DNA of 64,000 bases, taken from assembly GCA_035358815.1 (NCBI GenBank), contig DAOPQC010000013.1:9999-73998 (forward strand), given 5' to 3'. Under the pieces are notes generated by a model. It saw nothing but the letters and a program-made list of their open reading frames with translations, was not told the DNA's origin and did no database searches. Positions 1 to 10,367 of this stretch are shown in pieces (within the stretch, counting starts at the first letter, position 1; every line of letters begins with the position of its first letter). Origin of the DNA: Thermoanaerobaculales bacterium (GTDB lineage: Bacteria; Acidobacteriota; Thermoanaerobaculia; Thermoanaerobaculales; Sulfomarinibacteraceae). Position numbers and translations under genes: made by a program.

Positions 1-1172
1 TGGACGACCATGCCCGCGCGGTCAAGGCCCGCTTCGAACCTCAGCGCTGGCGCGCCTTCGTCGAGGACACCCGCTACTTTCTGACCAGCAACAGCTACGA
101 CTACATCGAGAGGATCCGCAAGGACCACGGCTACAACCCGACCCCGACCTGGACCTTCACCGCACGTCTCTTCTCGCGCTGGCTCGCCGCCGGCGACGAC
201 ACCCTGGCCGCCCTCGCCTGGATCGACCCGCTGCTGCTCGCGGCCATGTTCCTCGCGATCTTCCGGACCTTCGGCAGCCGCATCGGCTGCCTCGCGCTCA
301 TCGTGTTCGGGCTCGGCTACCCGTGGCGCTTCGACTGGGTCGGCGGTGCGTTCCTGCGCCATGACTGGCTGGCCGCGATCGGCGTCGGGGTCTGCCTGCT
401 GCGGCGGGAGCGGTTCCGGCTCGCGGGGGCGCTGTTCGCCTACGCGGCGATGGTGCGGGTGTTCCCGGCAGGCTTCCTCCTCGGCCCCGCGGTGGTGGCG
501 CTGCGTGAGCGTCTGGCTCACCGTCCGCCGGGATGGATGGGGAAAGTCCTCGCAGGCTTCGCGCTCGGTGTCGTGGTGTGCCTGATCGCCGGCGGAATGG
601 TCGGCGTCGGGGTGGATGCGTGGCCCCAGTTCATCGACAACCTCGAGAAGCACCACGGCACGTGGCTGACCAACAACGTCGGTCTCGAGAACGTGCTGCT
701 GTACGACGCTGCGACGATGCGCCGCGCCGACGTGCGCTGGGAGCTGGCCGAGCCGTGGCTGCTGTGGCAGGGCAAGATGAACCGGCTCGAGGCGCAGCGG
801 CGGCCGCTCCTGCTTGCCGCGGCCGCCGCCATGCTGCTCATCGTCGCGGCCGCGGCGTGGCGGTGGCCGCGTGACTGCGCCGCCGTGCTCGGGGTGGCGG
901 TCGCGTTCGCGGCCGTGCTCCTCACCTGCTACTACTGGGTGATGCTGCTGCTGATCCCGATCGGCCGCGGTCGCTGGCTGCCGACCGCCGGCTGGCTGGC
1001 GATCAACCTCGCCCTGTGGGGCCTCCACCTCGCGACCCCGGCCTTCGAGCTGATCTACGGCCTGATGTCGTGGGCGCTGCTCGCCTTCTTCCTGGCCTGG
1101 CTCGGCCCCGACGCGCTGCGCACCGCTCGTGAGCTCGTTGGGAGGGGCTCAGGGCCAGGGGCTAGGGGCTAG
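1..1172 (+). CDS. polytopic integral membrane protein, 5'-truncated by window edge (function not recognised; GT-C-like topology possible)
   Basis: Frame is open from nt 3 into listed ORF 246..1172. Many hydrophobic helices (LALIVFGLGYPW, LLLAAAAAMLLIVAAAAW, LLTCYYWVMLLLIPIG). The last ~10 codons and the TAG stop lie inside repeat module A. Confidence 0.6.
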   Translation, partial: DDHARAVKARFEPQRWRAFVEDTRYFLTSNSYDYIERIRKDHGYNPTPTWTFTARLFSRWLAAGDDTLAALAWIDPLLLAAMFLAIFRTFGSRIGCLALIVFGLGYPWRFDWVGGAFLRHDWLAAIGVGVCLLRRERFRLAGALFAYAAMVRVFPAGFLLGPAVVALRERLAHRPPGWMGKVLAGFALGVVVCLIAGGMVGVGVDAWPQFIDNLEKHHGTWLTNNVGLENVLLYDAATMRRADVRWELAEPWLLWQGKMNRLEAQRRPLLLAAAAAMLLIVAAAAWRWPRDCAAVLGVAVAFAAVLLTCYYWVMLLLIPIGRGRWLPTAGWLAINLALWGLHLATPAFELIYGLMSWALLAFFLAWLGPDALRTARELVGRGSGPGARG

Positions 1173-1365
1173 GGGCCACCACCCACCCGCTTCGGCGCCC
1201 GCTTCCGTTTCCGAGGCGATCCCGACCATTCTCTGTCGGACGACGCACGAAGGACAGTGAGCGAGCGTCGACCGTCGGACCACGTCATCCGGGAACGGGG
1301 ACGGGAACGGGATCGGGAACGGTGCCGCCGCCCGCTTCCGCGCCCGCTTCCGCGCGCGCCATCGG
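1141..1365. repeat. mosaic intergenic repeat, copy 1 (modules A, B, inverted hexamer array, B)
   Basis: Module A: AGGGGCTCAGGGCCAGGGGCTAGGGGCTAGGGGCC at 1141-1180. Module B-like: CGCTTCGGCGCCCGCTTCCG. Hexamer array (GGGAAC)n at ~1289-1322. Module B: CCGCCCGCTTCCGCGCCCGCTTCCGCG at 1327-1356. The same modules recur at 13 other loci. Confidence 0.85.
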
Positions 1366-1470
1366 GCACTTGAACCGCGAAGGCGCAAAGAACGCGAAGA
1401 CGACGATGAAGACGGACGGCCGCTCCGGTTCACGATCCCGAGACGATCCCGGCCGCTCTCGGTGGGTCGC

Positions 1471-1950
1471 TCACATTGGATACAGCCCGTCGTCCCGGGT
1501 GGGCGCGGCGCCGCTGGTCCCGCCCGCCTCGCCCATCTCCTCCTCGAGGGCGTCGCCAAGCTCCTCCTCGAGCCGCTCGGGATCCTCGCCGGCCTCGAGA
1601 CGGCGGATCATCTCCTCCATCGCCGGCGTGACCGGCTCGCCCGCCAGCTCGGTCATCCGGCGGACCGCGGCGGCCATCTGGCGCGGATCCCCCTCGTCCA
1701 TCCCCTCGAGCTCGGCCGCGAACCGCATCATCTCGCGCTCCATGCGCGGGTCGTCGTGATCCGGTCCCTCGCCGCCCTCTCCTGGGGGCGCGGCCTTCGA
1801 CGCGGCGGCGACCCCGAACCGCGACGGTACCCGGCGCAGGTCCTCCGCATCGCACTTGGGGCACCGCGGGACCCGGGCCGTCTCGACCCGGAAGGAGTGG
1901 AAGCTGAAGATCCGGTTGCAGCGCGGGCACAGGAACTCGTACACCGGCAT
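1471..1950 (-). CDS. FmdB-family zinc-ribbon protein with acidic C-terminal tail
   Basis: MPVYEFLCPRCNRIF...CPKCDAEDLRRV is the CxxC...CxxC FmdB-type signature. I place the start at the internal ATG 1950 (the ORF track starts at 1983) because it overlaps the hflX TGA by 1 nt (TGATG). Confidence 0.75.
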   Translation of the reverse strand: MPVYEFLCPRCNRIFSFHSFRVETARVPRCPKCDAEDLRRVPSRFGVAAASKAAPPGEGGEGPDHDDPRMEREMMRFAAELEGMDEGDPRQMAAAVRRMTELAGEPVTPAMEEMIRRLEAGEDPERLEEELGDALEEEMGEAGGTSGAAPTRDDGLYPM

Positions 1951-3266
1951 CAGGCGCCTCCGCCAGGCTCGGTCGACGTCCACCCGGCCACCCGGAACGG
2001 GTCGAGGTCAGCCTCGCTCAGCTGTCTGCCGTCGACGCGCATCGCCAGCTCGAGCGTGCTGCCGCCGAAGCGCTGGGCGAGCCGATGCGGCAGCCGCACC
2101 GCGCGCTGCACCGCATCCGCCTGATCTAGCGGTATGCTGAGGAAGGTGACCCCAGGAGCGGCCAACAGCGTCCGGCGAGCGACACGGCGGAGCTCGTCGA
2201 GGCCCTGCCCGGCAGTCGCCGAGACCGCGACCGACTCGCGGCCGGCCGGCAGCCAGGCCGGCCGGTGGGCGGGCAGCAGGTCGATCTTGTTGAGCACGAC
2301 CAGGGTGCGCTCGCGCTCCACGCCGAGCCCCTCGAGCACCTCGTCGCCGACCTCCAGCTGCTCCTCCCAGCTCGGGTGCGCGACGTCGACCACGTGGAGC
2401 ACGAGATCGGCCTCGGTGGCCTCCTCGAGCGTCGAGCGGAACGGCGCGACCAGGTGGTGCGGCAGCTTGCGGATGAAGCCCACGGTGTCGGTGAGGATCG
2501 CGATCACGCCGTCACCCAGCGCCACCCGGCGCGCCCTGGGATCGAGGGTTGCGAACAGCCGGTCCTCGACCAGCACCTCGCTGCGGGTCAGCGCCCGAAA
2601 CAGCGAGGACTTGCCGGCGTTGGTGTAGCCGACCAGGGCGATCGCCGGCAGCTCGCTCCGGCCCTGGCGCCGGTGGCGCCGATCGCGCTCGATGGCCTGG
2701 AGCTTGTCCCGGAGCTGGGCGATCCGGCGCGAGATCAGGCGGCGATCGATCTCGAGCTGGGTCTCGCCGACGCCCCGCGTGCCGATGCCGCCCGCCTGCC
2801 GCGACAGGTGGCGCCAGCGCCGGGTCAGGCGGGGCAGCAGGTAGGAGAGCTGGGCGAGCTCGACCTGCGTCTGGGCCTCGCGGCTGCGCGCCCGCTGGGC
2901 GAAGATGTCGAGAATCACCGCCGCGCGATCCAGGATCTTGACGGCGGCCGGCAGCGCGCGCTCGATGTTCCGGACCTGGGAGGCTGTCAGGTCCTCGTCG
3001 AAGACGACGACCTCGATCCGCTCGTCACGGCAGCGCTCGGCCAGGCGCTCGAGGAAGCCGGCGCCGACCACGGTTGCGGGGTCCGGGGCCGGCCGCTCCT
3101 GGATCTCGCGCACTGCGACCACTCCGCCGGCGGTATCGACCAGTCGCCCCAGCTCCTCGAGGTGCTCCTCGACCACCCGCCGGGGCGCGTCGCCGCTGAC
3201 CAGCGCCACCAGCGCGGTGCGCTCCGCGGCCCGATGCGTCGGCTCGGTTTCGTACCCGCTGCTCAT
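1950..3266 (-). CDS. hflX: GTPase HflX
   Basis: 438-aa ORF with an HflX-type N-domain followed by G motifs GYTNAGKSSLFRAL (G1), DTVGF (G3) and NKID (G4). Confidence 0.9.
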   Translation of the reverse strand: MSSGYETEPTHRAAERTALVALVSGDAPRRVVEEHLEELGRLVDTAGGVVAVREIQERPAPDPATVVGAGFLERLAERCRDERIEVVVFDEDLTASQVRNIERALPAAVKILDRAAVILDIFAQRARSREAQTQVELAQLSYLLPRLTRRWRHLSRQAGGIGTRGVGETQLEIDRRLISRRIAQLRDKLQAIERDRRHRRQGRSELPAIALVGYTNAGKSSLFRALTRSEVLVEDRLFATLDPRARRVALGDGVIAILTDTVGFIRKLPHHLVAPFRSTLEEATEADLVLHVVDVAHPSWEEQLEVGDEVLEGLGVERERTLVVLNKIDLLPAHRPAWLPAGRESVAVSATAGQGLDELRRVARRTLLAAPGVTFLSIPLDQADAVQRAVRLPHRLAQRFGGSTLELAMRVDGRQLSEADLDPFRVAGWTSTEPGGGA

Positions 3267-3269
3267 CTC

Positions 3270-4475
3270 TCAGGGGAGATCTTCCTGGTGGAGCCGCAGC
3301 AGGACCCGCTCGCACGCCGCCAGCGTCTCGTCGACGTCCTTGGCGCCGTGCGCGCTGGACAGGAACGCCGCGCCCCCCGGCTGGCGGGGTAGCAGGACGC
3401 CCTCGCCGCGCAGGCCCTCCGCGAGCCGCCAGTAGGTCGTGGCGTCGGCGCGACGGGCTCCCCGGCAGTCGGCCACCGCCTTGGCCGTCATGTAGAGCGC
3501 GAACACCGACCCCGCCCGGTTGACGGTCATCGGTCGAGAGAACCTGCTCGACAGTCCTTCGATGCCGGCGGCGAGCTGGATCGCCCGCTCCTCGATGCGC
3601 TCGTAGAAGGTCTCGTTCCTGAGGATCGACAGGACGGCCTCGGCAGCGGCGAGCGACACCGGGTGGGGGGTCGGCATGCGGCCGTCGCCCTTGTGGACGG
3701 GCTCGTCGATGCCCTGGCGGAAGCCCACCACGCCGATCGGAAACCCGCCCCCGAGCGCGCCGCCGTACACCGCCGCGTCCGGCGTCACGCCGCTCAGCGC
3801 CTGGGCCCCGCCGCGGTGGACCCGGAAGCCCGAGACGCGTTCGTCGAACAGCAGCATCACCCCGTGCTCACGACAGGCCGCCGCGAGGCTGGCGAGAGCC
3901 CCGTCCGGGACGGGGATCACCCCGGCCCGGCTCATCAAGGGGTCGACGACCAGCGCGGCCAGCCGGCCGCCCGCGGCCGCGAGCTCGCGCTCGATGCGGT
4001 CGACGTGCCACCCGGCCACCTCGCGGATCGGGAAGCTCCCCGAGTCCGCCGCGGCCGGGGCGATCCTGACCCGGGCGCCGCCGTCGAGCATCAGGATCCC
4101 GGGCTTGCCGGTGGTCTCGCGAGCCCACTGCAGCAGCTGGTAGATCGCCTCGTCCTCGGTGCGGCACAGCCACCAGTTGCCGACCCACGGCAGGGCCTTG
4201 CCGAGCGCCTCGGCCAGGTCCACTTCCTGGGGCACGTGGAAGCCGTCGGGAACGCCGTTGCCGAGCACCTTGCGAACCGCGTCGAGCACGAACTGGTTGG
4301 CGTACCCGACGATCGCCGAGCCGCCGCCGCCCTGATAGTCGATGTAGCCGACGTTGTCGGCGTCGTAGACGCGCGCGCCCTGCGCCTTCGACGCCACCAC
4401 CGAGCGCTCGAACCCGGCGCGCAGGCCGGGCAGGGCCTGCGCTCGCTTGAGGAGCTCTTCGCTCAGCCTTGCCAT
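3270..4475 (-). CDS. glutamate-1-semialdehyde 2,1-aminomutase-like (class III aminotransferase fold) protein lacking the PLP lysine
   Basis: Alignable by eye to HemL (YIDY, LLFDERVSGFRV vs LIIDEVMTGFRV). The Schiff-base motif LGKIIGGGxPVGA reads YGGALGGGFPIGV, so K is replaced by G. An AGGAG RBS lies 5 nt upstream of ATG 4475. Confidence 0.7.
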   Translation of the reverse strand: MARLSEELLKRAQALPGLRAGFERSVVASKAQGARVYDADNVGYIDYQGGGGSAIVGYANQFVLDAVRKVLGNGVPDGFHVPQEVDLAEALGKALPWVGNWWLCRTEDEAIYQLLQWARETTGKPGILMLDGGARVRIAPAAADSGSFPIREVAGWHVDRIERELAAAGGRLAALVVDPLMSRAGVIPVPDGALASLAAACREHGVMLLFDERVSGFRVHRGGAQALSGVTPDAAVYGGALGGGFPIGVVGFRQGIDEPVHKGDGRMPTPHPVSLAAAEAVLSILRNETFYERIEERAIQLAAGIEGLSSRFSRPMTVNRAGSVFALYMTAKAVADCRGARRADATTYWRLAEGLRGEGVLLPRQPGGAAFLSSAHGAKDVDETLAACERVLLRLHQEDLP

Positions 4476-4481
4476 ATGCTC

Positions 4482-4691
4482 CTACTCATCCCCTGCCGGC
4501 TCCTCGTCGCCGTTGCCGAAGAAGAACATGGCGCGGCAGCGGTCGCTGCAGAAATCTCGCCCGTACCCCGGCACCGAACAGTATTGGCAGAAGAGAATAC
4601 GGCAGATCGAGCAGTCCCGCAACTGGAAGGGGAGGATCTCGTGTCCGCAGCTCGGACATCGCCGGCGCGCAGGGTCACGTTCATCGACCAC
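4482..4691 (-). CDS. small Cys-rich (multi-CxxC) zinc-finger-like protein, hypothetical
   Basis: 69 aa with a GTG start. Cys pairs: CPSC, CSIC, CQYC and CSDRC. Its TAG stop sits inside the RBS of the downstream hemL-like gene, consistent with translational coupling. Its own RBS is weak. Confidence 0.45.
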   Translation of the reverse strand: MVDERDPARRRCPSCGHEILPFQLRDCSICRILFCQYCSVPGYGRDFCSDRCRAMFFFGNGDEEPAGDE

Positions 4692-4710
4692 CTCAGAAGT
4701 ATAACCTCGG

Positions 4711-4740
4711 TTGACACCCCCTCTCGCCGCGCCGTATAGT
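4711..4740 (+). promoter_or_regulatory. sigma70-type promoter candidate for tRNA(CAU) and possibly tilS
   Basis: TTGACA (4711-4716), 18-nt spacer, TATAGT (4735-4740). The tRNA 5' end is at 4751. Confidence 0.6.
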
Positions 4741-4750
4741 GTTTCGCCCG

Positions 4751-4825
4751 GGCGGTGTAGCTCAGAGGCAGAGCAGGGGTCTCATAAGCCCTGTGTCGGT
4801 GGTTCAACTCCACCCACCGCCACCA
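4751..4825 (+). tRNA. tRNA with CAT anticodon (elongator Met or lysidine-modified Ile2), CCA encoded
   Basis: Cloverleaf folded by hand. Acceptor GGCGGTG/CACCGCC; D arm GCTC-AGAGGCA-GAGC; anticodon arm GGGGT-CTCATAA-GCCCT (anticodon CAT at 4783-4785); T arm GGTGG-TTCAACT-CCACC; discriminator A followed by CCA. Confidence 0.9.
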
Positions 4826-4866
4826 ATTCGGCCTCCCGAAGCTGCGGTTTCGGGAGGCCGAATTGG
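4823..4866 (+). terminator. 18-bp perfect hairpin starting at the tRNA CCA end (terminator, processing or attenuation element)
   Basis: CCAATTCGGCCTCCCGAA (4823-4840), loop GCTGCGGT, TTCGGGAGGCCGAATTGG (4849-4866). It is followed by TTCGCTGATAG with no strong T-tract. The tilS ATG is 22 nt downstream. Confidence 0.4.
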
Positions 4867-4887
4867 TTCGCTGATAGCATTCGGGTG

Positions 4888-6192
4888 ATGGAAGCAGAGG
4901 ACTTCGTCAGCCACTTTCAGCGGGCCTTCCCAAGTCTGGTGGGGGCTCGAGTTCTAGTGGCGCTGTCGGGGGGCGCGGATTCGGTTGCCCTGTTCCATCT
5001 CCTGGCCGACCCCGCGCTCGCGCTCCGGCTCGAGGCCGCCCACGTCCACCACCGGGCGCGCCGCGCCGAGGCCGATCGCGACGCGGAGTTCTGCCGCTCC
5101 CTCTGCGAGCGCCGCGCGGTCCCCTTTCACCTGCTGACGCTCGCCGCCGAGCCGGCGCCCCGCGAGGGCCGCGAGGCCGCCTGGCGCCGCCTCCGCTACC
5201 GCGCGCTGCTCGACCTCGCGGCGCAGCGGTCGCTGGCCGCGGTCGCCACCGCCCACCACAGAGACGATGTCGCGGAGAGCGTCATCATGCAGCTGCTGCG
5301 CGGCGGTGGGCCGCGCGCCCTGGCCGGGATCTCGTCTGCCACCGACGCCGGCGTGATCCGGCCCCTGCTGCGGTGGCGCCGGACAGAGATCGTCGAGTGG
5401 CTGCGCGCCAGCGGCATCGGCTGGATCGAGGACAGCTCCAACGCCGACCTCGATCACCTCCGCAACCGGGTGCGCCACGTCGTCCTCCCGGAGCTGCGCC
5501 GCGCCTCCCCGCGCATCGACGACCACCTTGTCCACCTTGCCGGCGCCCTGGCCGAGGACGAGGCCTTCTTCGCGGCATCACTCGAGCGGGTGGCGCTCTG
5601 GATCTCACCCTGGGCGCCCGACGGCGGCGTGCCGGTGGACGCCGTGCGCGCTCTCTCCCGCCCCCTGCGATCGCGCTGGCTCCACGCTCAGGCCGCCCGG
5701 ACCGGCATCGGGCGAGTGACGCGACGGCAGATCGAGCTGCTGCACGCCCTGGTCGAGGGCTCGGCCCCGCGCTCGGTGACCCTGGCCGACCGCTGGCGGA
5801 TCCGCCTCGCGCGCGGACGCCTGTGGCTCGAGCCGCCCGGCGCCCGCGAGCCGTACGATCACCCGCTCGAGGATGGGGTGGTCACCGCGCTGTCGATCCC
5901 GGGCTGGCGGGTGCGGTTGGCGGGCGATCGAGCGCCCTCTCCCGACGCGCGCTGGCACTGGCGCGCGCGGTCCTCCTTCCGGCTGACCGTCCGAACGCCA
6001 CGTCCGGGCGACTCGGTCGAGCTCGCCGGCGCGACCGTCCCTGTCAGTCGGCTGATCGCCCGCTCGGCCCCCAGGCACCTCCGGCCCGCCTGGCCGTTAC
6101 TCTGTGAAAATGCTAGAATTGCGTGGATTCCTGGCGTCTGGCAGGGAGCCTCCTCCGGGACCCTGCTGGTGGAGGTGTTGACGGATGGGTGA
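4888..6192 (+). CDS. tilS: tRNA(Ile)-lysidine synthase TilS
   Basis: PP-loop motif VALSGGADSVALFHLL. The internal ATG at 4888 is chosen because the listed ORF (4711) would run through the tRNA gene. The tilS-hpt-ftsH order is conserved. Confidence 0.85.
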   Translation: MEAEDFVSHFQRAFPSLVGARVLVALSGGADSVALFHLLADPALALRLEAAHVHHRARRAEADRDAEFCRSLCERRAVPFHLLTLAAEPAPREGREAAWRRLRYRALLDLAAQRSLAAVATAHHRDDVAESVIMQLLRGGGPRALAGISSATDAGVIRPLLRWRRTEIVEWLRASGIGWIEDSSNADLDHLRNRVRHVVLPELRRASPRIDDHLVHLAGALAEDEAFFAASLERVALWISPWAPDGGVPVDAVRALSRPLRSRWLHAQAARTGIGRVTRRQIELLHALVEGSAPRSVTLADRWRIRLARGRLWLEPPGAREPYDHPLEDGVVTALSIPGWRVRLAGDRAPSPDARWHWRARSSFRLTVRTPRPGDSVELAGATVPVSRLIARSAPRHLRPAWPLLCENARIAWIPGVWQGASSGTLLVEVLTDG

Positions 6193-6706
6193 GCCCCGGG
6201 TCGTCCACTCGGCCGGCGAGATCCGGGAGCGTCTGGCCGAGGTCGCCGCCCGGATCTCCCAGGACTACCAGGGCAAGCAGCTCATCCTGGTCGGGATCCT
6301 CAAAGGCGCGGCGTTCCTGCTGGCAGACCTCGCGAGGATGATCACCGGGCCGGTCGACTTCGAGTTCGTCGACGTCGAGGTGTCGTCGGGCGATCGCGGG
6401 GAGATCGTTCACCTGACCTACGCCACCCACATCGAGGTCTCGGGCCGGCACGTGCTGGTCCTCAAGGACGTCTGCCACAGCGGGGTGACCGAGAACTACC
6501 TGATTACCCACCTGAGCCAGCAGCACCCGGCGTCGATCGAGGTCGTGGCCCTCGTCGACCGACCCCACCTGAGGAGCGTCAACCTCGCCGCCAGGTACGC
6601 CGTGTTCCGCGACGACGCGGACGGCTACCTGGTCGGCTACGGGCTGGGCCTCGAGTGGGGCAAGCACACCAATCGACCCGACCTGTGCGTGACCGAACGA
6701 GCATAG
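6185..6706 (+). CDS. hpt: hypoxanthine phosphoribosyltransferase
   Basis: 173 aa with PRPP-binding loop VLVLKDVCHSGVT and the LVGILKGA motif. It overlaps the tilS end by 8 nt. Confidence 0.85.
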   Translation: MGEPRVVHSAGEIRERLAEVAARISQDYQGKQLILVGILKGAAFLLADLARMITGPVDFEFVDVEVSSGDRGEIVHLTYATHIEVSGRHVLVLKDVCHSGVTENYLITHLSQQHPASIEVVALVDRPHLRSVNLAARYAVFRDDADGYLVGYGLGLEWGKHTNRPDLCVTERA

Positions 6707-6757
6707 ACCGGAGCGCCGGCGGGCGCCCGACGAGCAGGGGAACAAGCCAACTCGGCA

Positions 6758-8694
<1,937 letters not shown>

Positions 8695-8698
<4 letters not shown>

Positions 8699-9564
8699 AC
8701 GGCGCTCGCACGGGGGACCTCCCGCAGCCCGGCGTGGATCGGCTCGACGGTCTCTGGCCGCGCCCCGTGCCGGTGGTGATGGCCGTTCTCAACCGCACCC
8801 CCGACTCGTTCTCGGACGGCGGGCGCTTCCTGGATGACGAGGACGGCCTCCGGCACGCCGAGCGGCTGATCGCCGATGGCGCCGACATCGTCGACATCGG
8901 GGGCGAGTCGACCCGGCCCGGCGCGGACCCGGTCCCCGCCGTCGCCGAGCTGCTGCGGGTGGTGCCGATGGTCGCCGAGCTGCGGCGGCGCCGGCCCGGC
9001 GTGGTCATCTCGGTCGACACCTCGAAGTTCGAGGTGGCGGAGGCGGCGCTCGAGGCCGGCGCCGACCTCGTCAATGACGTCACCGCCGCCGCCGACGGGC
9101 GGATGCTCGGGCTGGTCGCCGAGCGGGGCGCCGCGATCGTGCTCATGCACATGCGCGGGTCGCCGGCGACGATGCAGCTCGACACCGTGTACTCCGACGT
9201 GGTCGCCGAGGTCCGCGACTTCCTCGGCCGGCGCGCCGAGGCGGCGGTCGCGGCCGGGGTTCCAGCTCATCGGGTGTGGATCGATCCCGGCATCGGCTTC
9301 GGCAAGGACGTCGACGGCAACCTCAAGCTGCTGGCCGCGCTGCCCGAGCTCGCCGCGCTCGGCCACCCGGTGGTCGTCGGCCCGTCGCGGAAGTCGTTTC
9401 TGGGCCGGCTGACCGGTGCGCCGGTCGACGGCCGGCTGGCCGGCAGCCTGGCCGCCCTGGTGCCCACCATCGGCCTCGAGCGGGCGGTGGTCCGGGTCCA
9501 CGACCCCGGGCCGACGGTCCACTTCCTCGAGGTCGCGTGCCGGCTGCGCGGGGCGGCGCCGTGA
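8695..9564 (+). CDS. folP: dihydropteroate synthase
   Basis: Motifs [21 protein letters not shown] and DPGIGFGK. The proposed GTG start overlaps the ftsH TGA (GTGA); the start is uncertain. Confidence 0.85.
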
Positions 9565-10367
9565 ACTGGCTGATCGGCGCCCTGCGCTCGCTCACCGAGC
9601 TTGAGGTCGGCGTCGCCGACGTCGTCGACATCCTCACCGTCGCGCTGCTCATCTACGCCTTGCTGGCGCTGCTGCGGGGCACCCGGGCGATGCAGATGCT
9701 GTGGGGCATCCTGGCCATCACCGGCCTCTACCTGGTGGCCTCCACCTTCAAGCTGATCACGCTGTCGACCATCCTCGGCTACCTGCTCGCGTTCCTGCCG
9801 ATCGCCATGATCGTGATCTTCCAGCAGGAGATCCGGAGGATGCTGTCGGCGTTCGGGTCGACGGCGTGGTTCCCGTGGGGCCGCGGGCAGAACGAGGGAC
9901 CGGTGATGATCAACGAGCTCGCGCTGGCGGTCCAGGCCCTCGCGTCCAAGCGCACCGGAGCCCTGATCGCGCTCGAGCGGCACGACTCCCTGGCGGCGTG
10001 GGCCGACACCGGCATCCCTCTGGAGTCCCGCTTCTCCTACGACCTGGTACTCAACATCTTCATTCCCGGCACCCCGCTGCACGACGGCGCGGTGATCATC
10101 AGCGGCGAGCGCATCGTCGCGGCCTCCTGCTTCCTGCCGCTGACCACTCGCCACGAGCTGTCGTCCGAGCTCGGCAGCAGGCATCGCGCGGCGATCGGGC
10201 TGACCGAGGAGAGCGACGCGCTCGTCATCGTGGTGTCGGAGGAGACCGGCATCATCTCTCTGGCCGTCGAGCAGCAGCTGCTGCGGCCGCTCGACGAAAC
10301 CACGCTGCGCAACGCGCTCGCCGAGCACCTCTACCAGCTGCGGCCGCGGCAGGAGTCCGACTCGTGA
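9561..10367 (+). CDS. cdaA: diadenylate cyclase CdaA (c-di-AMP synthase)
   Basis: Three N-terminal TM helices followed by DAC-domain motifs HDGAVII and GSRHRAAIG. The GTG start overlaps the folP TGA (GTGA). Confidence 0.85.
   Translation: MNWLIGALRSLTELEVGVADVVDILTVALLIYALLALLRGTRAMQMLWGILAITGLYLVASTFKLITLSTILGYLLAFLPIAMIVIFQQEIRRMLSAFGSTAWFPWGRGQNEGPVMINELALAVQALASKRTGALIALERHDSLAAWADTGIPLESRFSYDLVLNIFIPGTPLHDGAVIISGERIVAASCFLPLTTRHELSSELGSRHRAAIGLTEESDALVIVVSEETGIISLAVEQQLLRPLDETTLRNALAEHLYQLRPRQESDS

Noticed and set aside
4751-4825. tRNA(CAT) as the initiator tRNA-fMet.
   Set aside because: Positions 1-72 form a normal G-C pair, whereas bacterial initiators have a 1x72 mismatch. The GGG/CCC run in the anticodon stem is at 28-30/40-42, with a U-G pair next to the loop rather than three G-C pairs at 29-31/39-41.
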